32,000 nt of DNA from assembly GCA_017416485.1 (NCBI GenBank), contig JAFQCH010000046.1, positions 1 to 32,000 of the forward strand, in the 5' to 3' direction. This stretch comes from Clostridia bacterium. Its GTDB lineage: Bacteria > Bacillota > Clostridia > Oscillospirales > Acutalibacteraceae. Below, one piece after another: positions 24,449-32,000 of this stretch. Position 1 is the first letter of the stretch. Every line of letters begins with the position of its first letter. Made by a program: the position numbers and the translations under genes. The notes under the pieces were generated by a model. The model was not told where the DNA came from. It saw only the letters and a list, made by a program, of their open reading frames with translations, and did not search any database.

Positions 24449-25128
24449 GTATCTTTTTCAGAAAACAACCAAAAACGCAGGGCACAACCTCTGCGTTTTA
24501 TGATGAATATAAGGAAATCCGTGATGCGGCCTGGCGTGTTCTTGCCGAAAACGGAATAAAAGAATTGCCTGTTGACCTTTTTCGCATCTGTGAAGCAGAA
24601 GGTATAGATGTCTTTTCGTATGCACAGGCGGAAGTGCTTATAACAAGTCTGCATATTCATAAGCAATGCAAGCCCGGCGGATGTCTGGTGTTGATGCCTG
24701 ACGGGCGCCGTATTATTCTGTATGATGATTCCGTACCTGTTGAAATGCGCCGTTTCCTGATTGTAAGCGGCATGGGTTATTTTGTGCTTGGAATTGCAAA
24801 ACAGGAAAAGCGTGCAGAGAATACCGTTGTGCAAATCACTGCGGAAGACGAATTACAGGTAGGTATTTTTGCAGGCAGACTGCTTGCTCCCTTGAGTGTG
24901 CTGTGGGCAATGGGTGTGCAAAGTGCAGAAGAAATCCGCCGTGTTTGCCTTGTGCCGAAACAGACCGCGGAAAAGCGTTTTGCCCGCATGTGTGAAATGG
25001 ATCAGCGTAATCTTGAAAGAGGAACTAAAAGCGGTGTCGGCACCATGTTTTTGTCGGGCTATGAACGATGTGCTTTTCGTAATTTTTCAAACTTTACCGA
25101 AACCTACAGGCAAAAAGTAAAAAAATAA
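24445..25128 (+). CDS. ImmA/IrrE-like protein lacking the HExxH zinc-binding motif (a likely pseudo-peptidase)
   Basis: The layout ...LPVDLFRICEAEGIDVFSY...RRIILYDDSVPVEMRRFLIVSGMGYFVLG matches the ImmA/IrrE family. However, SGMGY occupies the position where the family has HELGH. ATG 24445 overlaps the upstream frame's TGA (ttATGA). The stop is TAA. Confidence 0.5.
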   Translation: MSIFFRKQPKTQGTTSAFYDEYKEIRDAAWRVLAENGIKELPVDLFRICEAEGIDVFSYAQAEVLITSLHIHKQCKPGGCLVLMPDGRRIILYDDSVPVEMRRFLIVSGMGYFVLGIAKQEKRAENTVVQITAEDELQVGIFAGRLLAPLSVLWAMGVQSAEEIRRVCLVPKQTAEKRFARMCEMDQRNLERGTKSGVGTMFLSGYERCAFRNFSNFTETYRQKVKK

Positions 25129-25211
25129 TTTGTATTCAAACAAATATGGTTGAATTTGTTGCGTGTTTTGTGTATTATAATACCAAATACAAAAAAAGAA
25201 AGGCAATCTGA

Positions 25212-26120
25212 ATGAGACGATTCAGTTTTTTGTTTTTGGTGCTGTTGCAGATTTTGGTTTTTTCTTCGTGCAAACAGCAGAATAATGAAACAACAACCAC
25301 GACTGTGCCGACCACGGTTGTGAATAATATCTATATTACCGATGACGGAGTTTATGCGGATTCTGATGTTGTGCAACAGCAAGCAACTACCGTTGTTGTT
25401 CCAACAGAACCCCCGCAAACAGAACCGACAACGCTTGTTCCGATAACACAACCAACGGAACCGACAAAAATTCCGCTTGCGCAATACACGGCGCAAATGG
25501 TGCTGGACAAAATCATCACTGCCGTCAATTTTGCAAAAGAGCAGCGGGATTTTTCCGCACACCAATTGCAGCAAGTGGAAATCCGTTTAACGGATTGTAC
25601 TTTGTCTTGGGCTGTGGGTGTGATCAATACGGCAATCGGTGTGTTTAACGGACCGCATGATTTTGATTATACTTTTATAAACGGTGTATGTGCTGATCCG
25701 AAAGAGGATTTCAAAATGAATGCAACCCCAATGTCAGCCATACCGCCGTCAAACCGCCTTTTTGAGCTCGAAGTCGGCGGCGTGATCGATTACAAAGCAT
25801 ATGAGGAAAACGGAGAATATGTTTACACCGTAACCTTGCCACAGGAGCACACAAATGCAGAAGTTCTAGTGCCGTATTATCATGCGCAGGCGATGGATTA
25901 TCTTGATTTAGGGGATTTTGATTTCGGCATCGGCGAAATCACGGATGCAAATTGCAATTACCCCGGCGCAACCGTAACGGTTCATGTTAATCAGGAAGGC
26001 AAGTTGCTCAAGTATGAAGAAACCATTCCCATGAACGGATCCGGAACGGGCAAACTCGGCATTGAACTGAGTGCTTCCTTTGAAGGCTCCATGTATGAAT
26101 GCTGGACATTCGATTGGTAA
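25212..26120 (+). CDS. Lipoprotein of unknown function with a Thr/Pro-rich linker
   Basis: The lipobox is LVFSSC in MRRFSFLFLVLLQILVFSSCKQQ. The linker is TTTTTVPTTV...PTEPPQTEPTTLVPITQPTEPT. The protein is 302 aa and ends in TAA. Confidence 0.7.
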   Translation: MRRFSFLFLVLLQILVFSSCKQQNNETTTTTVPTTVVNNIYITDDGVYADSDVVQQQATTVVVPTEPPQTEPTTLVPITQPTEPTKIPLAQYTAQMVLDKIITAVNFAKEQRDFSAHQLQQVEIRLTDCTLSWAVGVINTAIGVFNGPHDFDYTFINGVCADPKEDFKMNATPMSAIPPSNRLFELEVGGVIDYKAYEENGEYVYTVTLPQEHTNAEVLVPYYHAQAMDYLDLGDFDFGIGEITDANCNYPGATVTVHVNQEGKLLKYEETIPMNGSGTGKLGIELSASFEGSMYECWTFDW

Positions 26121-26123
26121 AAA

Positions 26124-26164
26124 AATCGCAAGTATTGTACAGATGTGCAACACTTGCGATTTTT
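26124..26164. terminator. Bidirectional terminator between the lipoprotein gene and pflA
   Basis: The stem atcgcaagt / acttgcgat is flanked by A7 and TTTTGTTTTG. Confidence 0.6.
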
Positions 26165-26170
26165 GTTTTG

Positions 26171-26884
26171 TTATAAAACGGATTTTGCAAAACTTTGTAA
26201 TTCTGCAAGCCGTTCACGGGGGAGTGCCGATTTTTCCTGCAACGGATTGTGAATCTGCAAAGCATCATATTTCACGAAGCCGAGTGTATGAAAACCGAGC
26301 AATTCCCAATCCGTTATTTTGTTTTTGAACGGACGCAGAATGGCGACATATCGGCAAATTGATTCTTCTGTATCATTGTAACCGGGAACAATGACCGTAC
26401 GGATACGGGTCGGAATGTTGTTTTCGGTCAGGAATGTGAGTGTGTCAAGGGTTCTTTGCAAACTTCCCGCCGTGTGTGTGTAGTATTCTTCTTGTGTTGC
26501 AAATTTCAAATCAAGCAGGACCGATTCGCAAACAAGAAAAACTTTTTTTACCGCGTCGCTTAAAGCAACATTACCCGCTGTGTCAATGCAACTGCCGATC
26601 TCATGTTCGCGCAATTGCAAAATAAGGTCAATAAGTTCTTCTGCCTGCAAAAGCGGCTCGCCGCCCGAAAATGTGACACCGCCGTTCCCGGCTTTCATGT
26701 ATGGCTTGCATCGCAGAATCTTTTTCAGAATCTGTTCGTTGGTGTATTCTTTACCTGTTTTTGTTGTCCATGTGTCGGGGTTGTGGCAATAGATGCAGCG
26801 CAACGGGCAGCCGGCAAGAAAGACGGCATAACGCAGTCCGTCACCGTCCCTTGCGGCAAGCGATTCAAAAGAATGTACAAGCAT
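26171..26884 (-). CDS. pflA: Pyruvate formate-lyase activating enzyme (radical SAM glycyl-radical activase)
   Basis: The start MLVHSFESLAARDGDGLRYAVFLAGCPLRCIYCHNPDTW carries the CxxxCxxC radical-SAM cluster motif. ATG 26884, 1 nt after the pflB stop, is preferred over the track's TTG 26914. The stop is TAA. Confidence 0.9.
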   Translation of the reverse strand: MLVHSFESLAARDGDGLRYAVFLAGCPLRCIYCHNPDTWTTKTGKEYTNEQILKKILRCKPYMKAGNGGVTFSGGEPLLQAEELIDLILQLREHEIGSCIDTAGNVALSDAVKKVFLVCESVLLDLKFATQEEYYTHTAGSLQRTLDTLTFLTENNIPTRIRTVIVPGYNDTEESICRYVAILRPFKNKITDWELLGFHTLGFVKYDALQIHNPLQEKSALPRERLAELQSFAKSVL

Positions 26885-26885
26885 A

Positions 26886-29114
26886 TTACATCTTATTGTG
26901 GAAGGTTCTTGCAATCACTTCCAGCTGTTTGTCTTTTGTCAGTTTGTTGAAGTTGACAGCATAGCCCGAAACGCGGATGGTCAGGTTCGGATACAATGTC
27001 GGGTCTTTCATGGCGGCTATCAGCTTTTCACGGTCAAGCACATTGACATTCAGGTGATGTGCACCCTGTGAAAAATAACCGTCCAGCACTGCCACAAGTT
27101 TTTCGCTTCTGTCATCTGCATCAACGCCGAGTGTGTCGGGCGTGATGGAGAATGTATTGGAAATACCGTCCCGGCAGCAGGCATAATCAAGCTTTGCAAC
27201 CGAATTCAGCGAAGCCAGTGCGCCGTCTGCATCTCTTCCGTGCATGGGATTTGCGCCCGGTGCAAAAGGTTCACCTGCTTTTCTGCCGTCGGGGGTGGTG
27301 CCTGTCTTTTTGCCGTAAACCACGTTGGATGTGATGGTCAGAACGGAAAGGGTGTGTTTTGCACCTCTGTAGGTCGGGGTCTTGCAAAGTTCAGAGTAGA
27401 AATATTCGGTGATCCACTGGGCGATCTCGTCCACTCTGTCATCATCATTGCCGTATTTCGGGAAATCACCTTCGGTGATAAAGTCGGTAATCAAACCGTT
27501 TTCACCGTGTGCGGGAGTTACTTTTGCATATTTAATAGCGGAAAGCGAGTCGGTGAGCACCGAAAGACCGCTGACACCGAAAGCCATCAATCGTTCGACA
27601 ACTGTGTCATGGAAGCCCATGATCAAGCGTTCGTAAGCATATTTATCGTGCATGAAATGGATGATGTTCATGGTGTTCACGTACAGCTTTGCCATCCATG
27701 CCATGTATGTTTTTAAGGTTTCAAGCACTTCATCATAATTAAGCACCTCGCCGTCAGGGAAAACCTTTCCTTCGGGAGCGATCTGTGTGCCGTGGATTTC
27801 GTCCTTGCCGCCGTTGAGTGCCATCAGAAGCACTTTCGGCAGATTGCATCTGGCGCCGAAGAACTGCATCTGCTTGCCTTCCTTCATTGCGGAAACGCAA
27901 CAGGCAATGGCATAGTCATCGCCGTAATCAGGACGCATACGGTCGTCGTTTTCATACTGAATGGAATCGGTATCGACCGAAACCTTTGCACAGTATTTTT
28001 TGAATGCTTCGGGCAATTTTTCTGACCAGAGAATTGTAATATTCGGTTCTGCGGAAGGCCCGAGGTTGTAAAGGGTGTGCAGCATACGGTAGCAGTTTTT
28101 TGTGACAAATGTTCTGCCGTCTTCACACATGCCGCCTTCCGAGCAAGTGACCCAAACGGGGTCGCCTGCAAACAGATCATTGTATTCAGGGGTGCGCAGA
28201 TGGCGGATCAAACGCAATTTGATAACAAGGTCGTCCATCAGTTCCTGTGCCTGCGATTCGGTCAGGGTCCCTTCAGCGATGTCACGTTCCATGTAAATAT
28301 CAAGGAATGTGGTGATTCTGCCGATGCTGTTTGCCGCACCGTTCTGTTCCTTCTGGCCGCCGAGGTATGCAAAATACAGCCACTGCACAGCTTCGTAAGC
28401 GTTTTCGGCGGGTCTGCGGATATCACAGCCGTATTGTTCTGCCATCGTCACAAGCTGACGCATAAAGTCGAGCTGCTTTGCAATGTCTTCCAATAAACGG
28501 ATATTTTCTTCCGACATGTCTTCTTTGCCGATTTTTTCCGCGTCGGCAACCTTTTGCTGCAACAGAAAATCCATGCCGTAAAGGGCAAGTCTGCGGTAGT
28601 CGCCGATGAGTCTTCCTCTGCCGTAAGCATCGGGAAGGCCTGTCAGAATACCCGCGTGACGTGCCTTGCGCATGTCGCTCGTGTATGCACGGAAAACCCC
28701 CGTGTTGTGGGTGGTTCTGTATAAAAAGTCTTCACGGATTTTTTCGCCGATCTGATAGCCGTATGCCTTGCATGCCTGTTCTGCATTGCGGAATCCTGCA
28801 AAGGGATTCACCGCACGAACAAGCGGTTTTTCGGTTTGCAGCCCGAGAATAATGTCTTTGCCTTTTTCAATGTAACCGGGGGCATATGTCAGAATAGAGG
28901 ACACTCGCTCTGTGTCAATATCAAGCACACCGCCGTTTTCCTGTTCTTTTCTGAACAATTCCTGCACGGTTGCAAATAAATCTTTGGTTCTTTCGGTTGC
29001 AGGTTCCAGAAATTCGGGACCACCCTCATAAGGAGTGTAATTCAGACGGATAAATTCAGCAACCGCAATATTGTCGCACCAAGTCCCTGTTTTAAATCCT
29101 CTCCAAGCATTCAT
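26886..29114 (-). CDS. pflB: Pyruvate formate-lyase (formate C-acetyltransferase), a glycyl-radical enzyme
   Basis: The protein is 742 aa from ATG 29114, with RBS AGGAGGA at 29121-29127. The C-terminus carries the glycyl-radical motif [11 protein letters not shown], and the active-site region is [10 protein letters not shown]. The stop is TAA. Confidence 0.92.
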   Translation of the reverse strand: MNAWRGFKTGTWCDNIAVAEFIRLNYTPYEGGPEFLEPATERTKDLFATVQELFRKEQENGGVLDIDTERVSSILTYAPGYIEKGKDIILGLQTEKPLVRAVNPFAGFRNAEQACKAYGYQIGEKIREDFLYRTTHNTGVFRAYTSDMRKARHAGILTGLPDAYGRGRLIGDYRRLALYGMDFLLQQKVADAEKIGKEDMSEENIRLLEDIAKQLDFMRQLVTMAEQYGCDIRRPAENAYEAVQWLYFAYLGGQKEQNGAANSIGRITTFLDIYMERDIAEGTLTESQAQELMDDLVIKLRLIRHLRTPEYNDLFAGDPVWVTCSEGGMCEDGRTFVTKNCYRMLHTLYNLGPSAEPNITILWSEKLPEAFKKYCAKVSVDTDSIQYENDDRMRPDYGDDYAIACCVSAMKEGKQMQFFGARCNLPKVLLMALNGGKDEIHGTQIAPEGKVFPDGEVLNYDEVLETLKTYMAWMAKLYVNTMNIIHFMHDKYAYERLIMGFHDTVVERLMAFGVSGLSVLTDSLSAIKYAKVTPAHGENGLITDFITEGDFPKYGNDDDRVDEIAQWITEYFYSELCKTPTYRGAKHTLSVLTITSNVVYGKKTGTTPDGRKAGEPFAPGANPMHGRDADGALASLNSVAKLDYACCRDGISNTFSITPDTLGVDADDRSEKLVAVLDGYFSQGAHHLNVNVLDREKLIAAMKDPTLYPNLTIRVSGYAVNFNKLTKDKQLEVIARTFHNKM

Positions 29115-29127
29115 AAATAATCCTCCT

Positions 29128-29240
29128 GAAAAAACAAAAAAACGTCCGGGCGCAGAAAAATAATCCTGCCCAGGCGTTCGGCATTTCACAAGTTATCCGT
29201 TCCCTCGCAGTGCTCTGCGTTACGCCGGTAGCGGATACAA
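29128..29240 (-). promoter_or_regulatory. ZTP riboswitch (pfl RNA motif) with a terminator expression platform in the pflB leader
   Basis: All elements are on the minus strand. P1 pairs UAUCCG (29237-29232) with CGGAUA (29199-29194). It encloses CUACCGGCG-UAAC-[GCAG-AGCA-CUGC]-GAGGGAA. After a short linker comes the signature GCCGAACGCCUGGGCA (CGCCUGGGCA at 29176-29167). That segment can alternatively pair with CUGCGCCCGGACG (29155-29143), which is followed by U7, forming the terminator. The location upstream of pfl is the classic context for this motif. Confidence 0.75.
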
Positions 29241-29244
29241 TGTA

Positions 29245-29273
29245 AGTATAACAGAAAACAGTAATTATGTCAA
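29245..29273 (-). promoter_or_regulatory. Sigma-A promoter of the pflBA operon
   Basis: Minus strand: TTGACA (29273-29268), a 17-nt spacer, then TATACT (29250-29245). Confidence 0.65.
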
Positions 29274-29274
29274 G

Positions 29275-29300
29275 AAAAAATCCCGTCTTTGCAGACGGGA
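29275..29300 (-). terminator. Terminator of the metallophosphoesterase gene
   Basis: The minus-strand hairpin tcccgtctgcaaagacggga is followed by T6. Confidence 0.75.
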
Positions 29301-29308
29301 TGTGAAAT

Positions 29309-30271
29309 TTATTTGATTTCGATGTGAATGTCATGTTCGGGCACCCAGATGCCTCTTGCAAAATCTCTTGCGCGGAAGATAACTTCTTCTTCATACACTT
29401 CTGCAATAAAGCCGAGGCCGGATCCGTTGTAGTCGCCTGTTTTGTTTTCAATTGAAAAAGAGGGAACATTGACAAGGTGAACCCCGTCCTTGATTTCATA
29501 CAGGAAATCAACAAAACCCGTGTGCAGATGACCGGTAAGAAAGACAACATTTTCATATTTATTCATGATTTCAAACAGCTGATCGTTCTGATCGCCGACA
29601 CTGCCTGCTGTATCGGACGGACTGTTCCATGTGTCGGGAAGACCGTGTGTCAGTTTCAGCGGCTGATGGCAAAGCACAAAGGTCAGCTTTCCGTTTTCAG
29701 CGTGCAGTTCGCTGTCAAGCCAGTCAAGCTGTTCCTGGCTGAGATATGTTTCTTCAAACTTGGTTTTGTCGGAACCGAGTGTGATGAATTTGTAGCCGTT
29801 GATAACTTCGGACTGATGCAATGCGGTCATATTGTTATCGCCGTTGAGAGCATTTGCAAACTCGGTGAATCTATTGGTTGCCTGCGAGTACAGACGAAGG
29901 CGAATGTCATGGTTGCCGGAAACTGCAACATAACGGGTGTTCATGCCTGAAAGTTTGTCAAGAACAAGCTGATATTCTTCTTCGAGTCCGTTTTCTGCAA
30001 CGTCGCCGAGCAGAAGAACAGCATCATAATCATATTCAGCAGCCTTCAGATCCATGCAGGCAGCTTCAAAAGAACGGTATCTTGCAAACATATAGTTGGA
30101 AATCTGCGGGTCGGCAATTGTTGCAAAAGCAAGCTGAACCTGTTCCTCGTTGAGAATCTTGATCGGATCTTCCGTGGACGGAGCCACAACACCGCCGCTG
30201 ACGCTGTAAACCAGACTGAGAATCAGCAGGAACAATTTGTAAAACAGTTTTTGAATAATGTTCAGTGTCAT
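29309..30271 (-). CDS. Membrane-anchored or secreted calcineurin-like metallophosphoesterase
   Basis: Motifs are LLLGDVAENG, VSGNHD, VLCHQP and TGHLH. The N-terminus is hydrophobic (KLFLLILSLVYSVSGG). The protein is 320 aa and ends in TAA. Confidence 0.85.
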   Translation of the reverse strand: MTLNIIQKLFYKLFLLILSLVYSVSGGVVAPSTEDPIKILNEEQVQLAFATIADPQISNYMFARYRSFEAACMDLKAAEYDYDAVLLLGDVAENGLEEEYQLVLDKLSGMNTRYVAVSGNHDIRLRLYSQATNRFTEFANALNGDNNMTALHQSEVINGYKFITLGSDKTKFEETYLSQEQLDWLDSELHAENGKLTFVLCHQPLKLTHGLPDTWNSPSDTAGSVGDQNDQLFEIMNKYENVVFLTGHLHTGFVDFLYEIKDGVHLVNVPSFSIENKTGDYNGSGLGFIAEVYEEEVIFRARDFARGIWVPEHDIHIEIK

Positions 30272-30369
30272 TTTTAATCCCCCATAACAACATTTATAAT
30301 AAAAATAACACAGAAAACAACAAGTGTCAAGGGGTTATTTTGCTGCGGTGTTACTTTGCTTTTTTGCGG

Positions 30370-30398
30370 TTGACAATTCTATTATTAAAGTGTATAAT
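30370..30398 (+). promoter_or_regulatory. Sigma-A promoter of the zinc-ribbon membrane protein operon
   Basis: TTGACA (30370-30375), a 17-nt spacer, then TATAAT (30393-30398). Confidence 0.6.
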
Positions 30399-30474
30399 AA
30401 AAGAATAAAAATCGGGCAAATTTTGGTAAAATCAGCCAAAAGAAATTGTGTTTGTCCGAAAAGGAGGAGTTCTT

Positions 30475-31365
30475 ATGAGTGCTTGTCCTAAATGCGGGAG
30501 AAAATTGCGCATTTTTGACATCAGCCAGTTTTGTCCTGCTTGCGGCGTGAATATGCGTTTCGTCAATTTTGAGGAAAACTTTTTGCGCGAAGCAAAATTG
30601 GCAGAGCTTTCGCAGGCAGGATTAAAAGTAAAACTTCGCAATCTGAAATACTCATTTATGGGCTCAAAGTGGATCACAGCAAAACTTGTTGTTATGTTGT
30701 TGCCTTTGCTGTCGCTTCTGATTCCGTCGGGCAATTTTTCGGTTTTCATGCCGTTTCTGACCAATGAAGCTCATTTCGGAATTCTTGGTTTTGTAAATGC
30801 CTTTACCAATGGTACTGTTATGTATGTATTGGGCATGACCGGTTCTGAACTTGAAGGATTTGCATTTGCCGCACTTCGGAATGCCGTGATCGGCTATGTC
30901 GTTATTGCATTGTGTGCAGTGTTCTGTGTTGTTTTTTCATTGTTTGGTTTTGCAAGCATCAGGAACATGCAGAAGGGTGCCACCATTTTTGCAGGACTCG
31001 GCATTGTCGCATCGATTGCAGATATGGTTCTGATCGCCGTTTTTGCAAATACGGTCAAGGAATCCCTTTTGGTTTCGGGCAGCTTCGGTTTTGGTCTGAT
31101 TGTGACCGTGCTTATGTTCGGTGCTGTGTTCTTTGTTAATCTCATGTTGTGGAAAAATGGTATTCATCCCGTTTATGACGAGGGTGTTGAAGAACGCGTT
31201 GCCATTTATAAAAAGGTAAAAGCAGGCGAAATCAACATCGACGACCTGCCGCAGCCCGTTGTTGAAACGGAAGAAACAAGAAAAATCGATGCAGCCATTG
31301 CCGCGGAAGAAGCGGCATTCAGACAGCAGTTCAGTATGGAAGCAGGGAAGGAGGATGCGCAATGA
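30475..31365 (+). CDS. Multi-pass membrane protein with an N-terminal zinc ribbon
   Basis: ATG 30475 with RBS AAGGAGGAG is preferred over the track's TTG 30448. The zinc ribbon is CPKCGRKLRIFDISQFCPACG. At least 5 hydrophobic helices follow. The stop is TGA. Confidence 0.75.
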   Translation: MSACPKCGRKLRIFDISQFCPACGVNMRFVNFEENFLREAKLAELSQAGLKVKLRNLKYSFMGSKWITAKLVVMLLPLLSLLIPSGNFSVFMPFLTNEAHFGILGFVNAFTNGTVMYVLGMTGSELEGFAFAALRNAVIGYVVIALCAVFCVVFSLFGFASIRNMQKGATIFAGLGIVASIADMVLIAVFANTVKESLLVSGSFGFGLIVTVLMFGAVFFVNLMLWKNGIHPVYDEGVEERVAIYKKVKAGEINIDDLPQPVVETEETRKIDAAIAAEEAAFRQQFSMEAGKEDAQ

Positions 31366-32000
31366 AAGAGAAAAAGTTTGACAAATCAAAACTTTTGACA
31401 GCTGTTGTTGTCTGCATCCTTATCTTCTTCTTTGTCGGCGGCTTCATGCTTGGTCTGGACCGTATCAGTGCCATGGAAGGCACATTCCCTCCCAATGATA
31501 TCACCGAAGGGCTTTCACCTGCCCCCGAAACGGCAGAAGAGGCCGTTGCATATTTGAATGCAATGCTCGACAAAGCGGTTGCTGATGTTCCGTCTGTCAC
31601 TTCCGATGATTATTTTTCGGCAGATTCCGATTCGCTGACCACGGACGGTTCAGAGCATTTCAATCAGACCCTGCAGTTTGCAATGGGCAATTTCATTTCT
31701 CACATTTCTTCCGTTGAAGAAAATGAATCAGATATCACATCCGTCGGCTTCGGTGAAGGCGCAGACAATGTTCTGCAGATGCCCGATATCACCGCAGAAG
31801 ATGTTGAATCTTTCACTTGTTCTTACATTTATTATTCCTGCCCCTCCTGCGGCAAAACAAGCGATGTTCCGCTTGAGCTTTGCGAAGATTGCGGTTCTTT
31901 GAGGGCTTACTTCAAAAAATATCATAATGAATATGATATAACCCTTGTGCTCAATGTCGGCTCACCTGAAGATGAAAACAGTGCTCTTATCCGTAACTTC
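31362..32000 (+). CDS. Membrane-anchored protein with an internal zinc ribbon (3'-partial, runs off the window)
   Basis: It is not in the ORF track because no stop is reached. ATG 31362 overlaps the upstream TGA (ATGA) and has RBS GGAAGGAGGA. All 213 codons are open to nt 32000. The start is MKEKKFDKSKLLTAVVVCILIFFFVGGFML... and the zinc ribbon is ...CPSCGKTSDVPLELCEDCGS. Confidence 0.65.
   Translation, partial: MKEKKFDKSKLLTAVVVCILIFFFVGGFMLGLDRISAMEGTFPPNDITEGLSPAPETAEEAVAYLNAMLDKAVADVPSVTSDDYFSADSDSLTTDGSEHFNQTLQFAMGNFISHISSVEENESDITSVGFGEGADNVLQMPDITAEDVESFTCSYIYYSCPSCGKTSDVPLELCEDCGSLRAYFKKYHNEYDITLVLNVGSPEDENSALIRNF

Noticed and set aside
26886-29189. Track start at 29189 for pflB and TTG 26914 for pflA
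   Set aside because: The 25-codon pflB extension runs through the riboswitch terminator and T-run. ATG 29114 has an AGGAGGA RBS and gives the canonical ~742-aa PFL. The pflA N-terminus MLVHSFES... from ATG 26884 matches the usual activase start.

Overview
The window looks like a chromosomal segment from a low-to-mid-GC Clostridia gut or rumen bacterium, probably Ruminococcus/Oscillospiraceae-like. This guess rests on a dockerin-bearing LRR protein, AGGAGG-type RBSs and TTGACA/TATAAT promoters. From left to right the layout is as follows. (1) 2-2857: a 5'-partial LRR/Big_2/CUB-like/dockerin surface protein. (2) About 2.9-8.0 kb: an AT-rich accessory island with a small serine recombinase, an XRE-type divergent promoter/operator switch, two paralogous unknown proteins, a wHTH (Rep/DnaD-like) gene, a GIY-YIG gene, dense short repeats and an orphan tRNA 3' half. 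(3) 8231-10339: a second LRR surface protein behind a structured leader. (4) 10.4-18.3 kb: a glycan-utilisation cluster with a SASA-type acetylesterase, GH30, an alpha/beta-hydrolase and a GH2 beta-galactosidase. (5) 18.3-23.7 kb: three tandem, separately transcribed paralogous adenylate-forming (ANL) ligases. (6) A frameshifted secreted hydrolase-like gene, an ImmA/IrrE-like protein lacking HExxH, and a lipoprotein. (7) pflB-pflA behind a ZTP (pfl-motif) riboswitch. (8) A metallophosphoesterase and two zinc-ribbon membrane proteins, the last running off the window. The most unusual observation is in the island operon at 4994-6003. Its two recognisable genes are broken only by in-frame TAG codons (3 internal, plus a 4th as a nominal stop), while good RBS/ATG starts and conserved motifs are kept across the TAGs. 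None of the other roughly 22 CDSs I call in the window ends in TAG. This fits amber recoding or suppressor-dependent expression of a mobile module, but it could also be decay. The second notable feature, at 7372-7933, is an array of at least 10 copies of a GATGATATGC-type 10-mer. Four copies are inverted and four direct around a centre, and they alternate with sequence-variable perfect hairpins. The array flanks the tRNA fragment. All calls come from reading the sequence by eye; no database search was possible.
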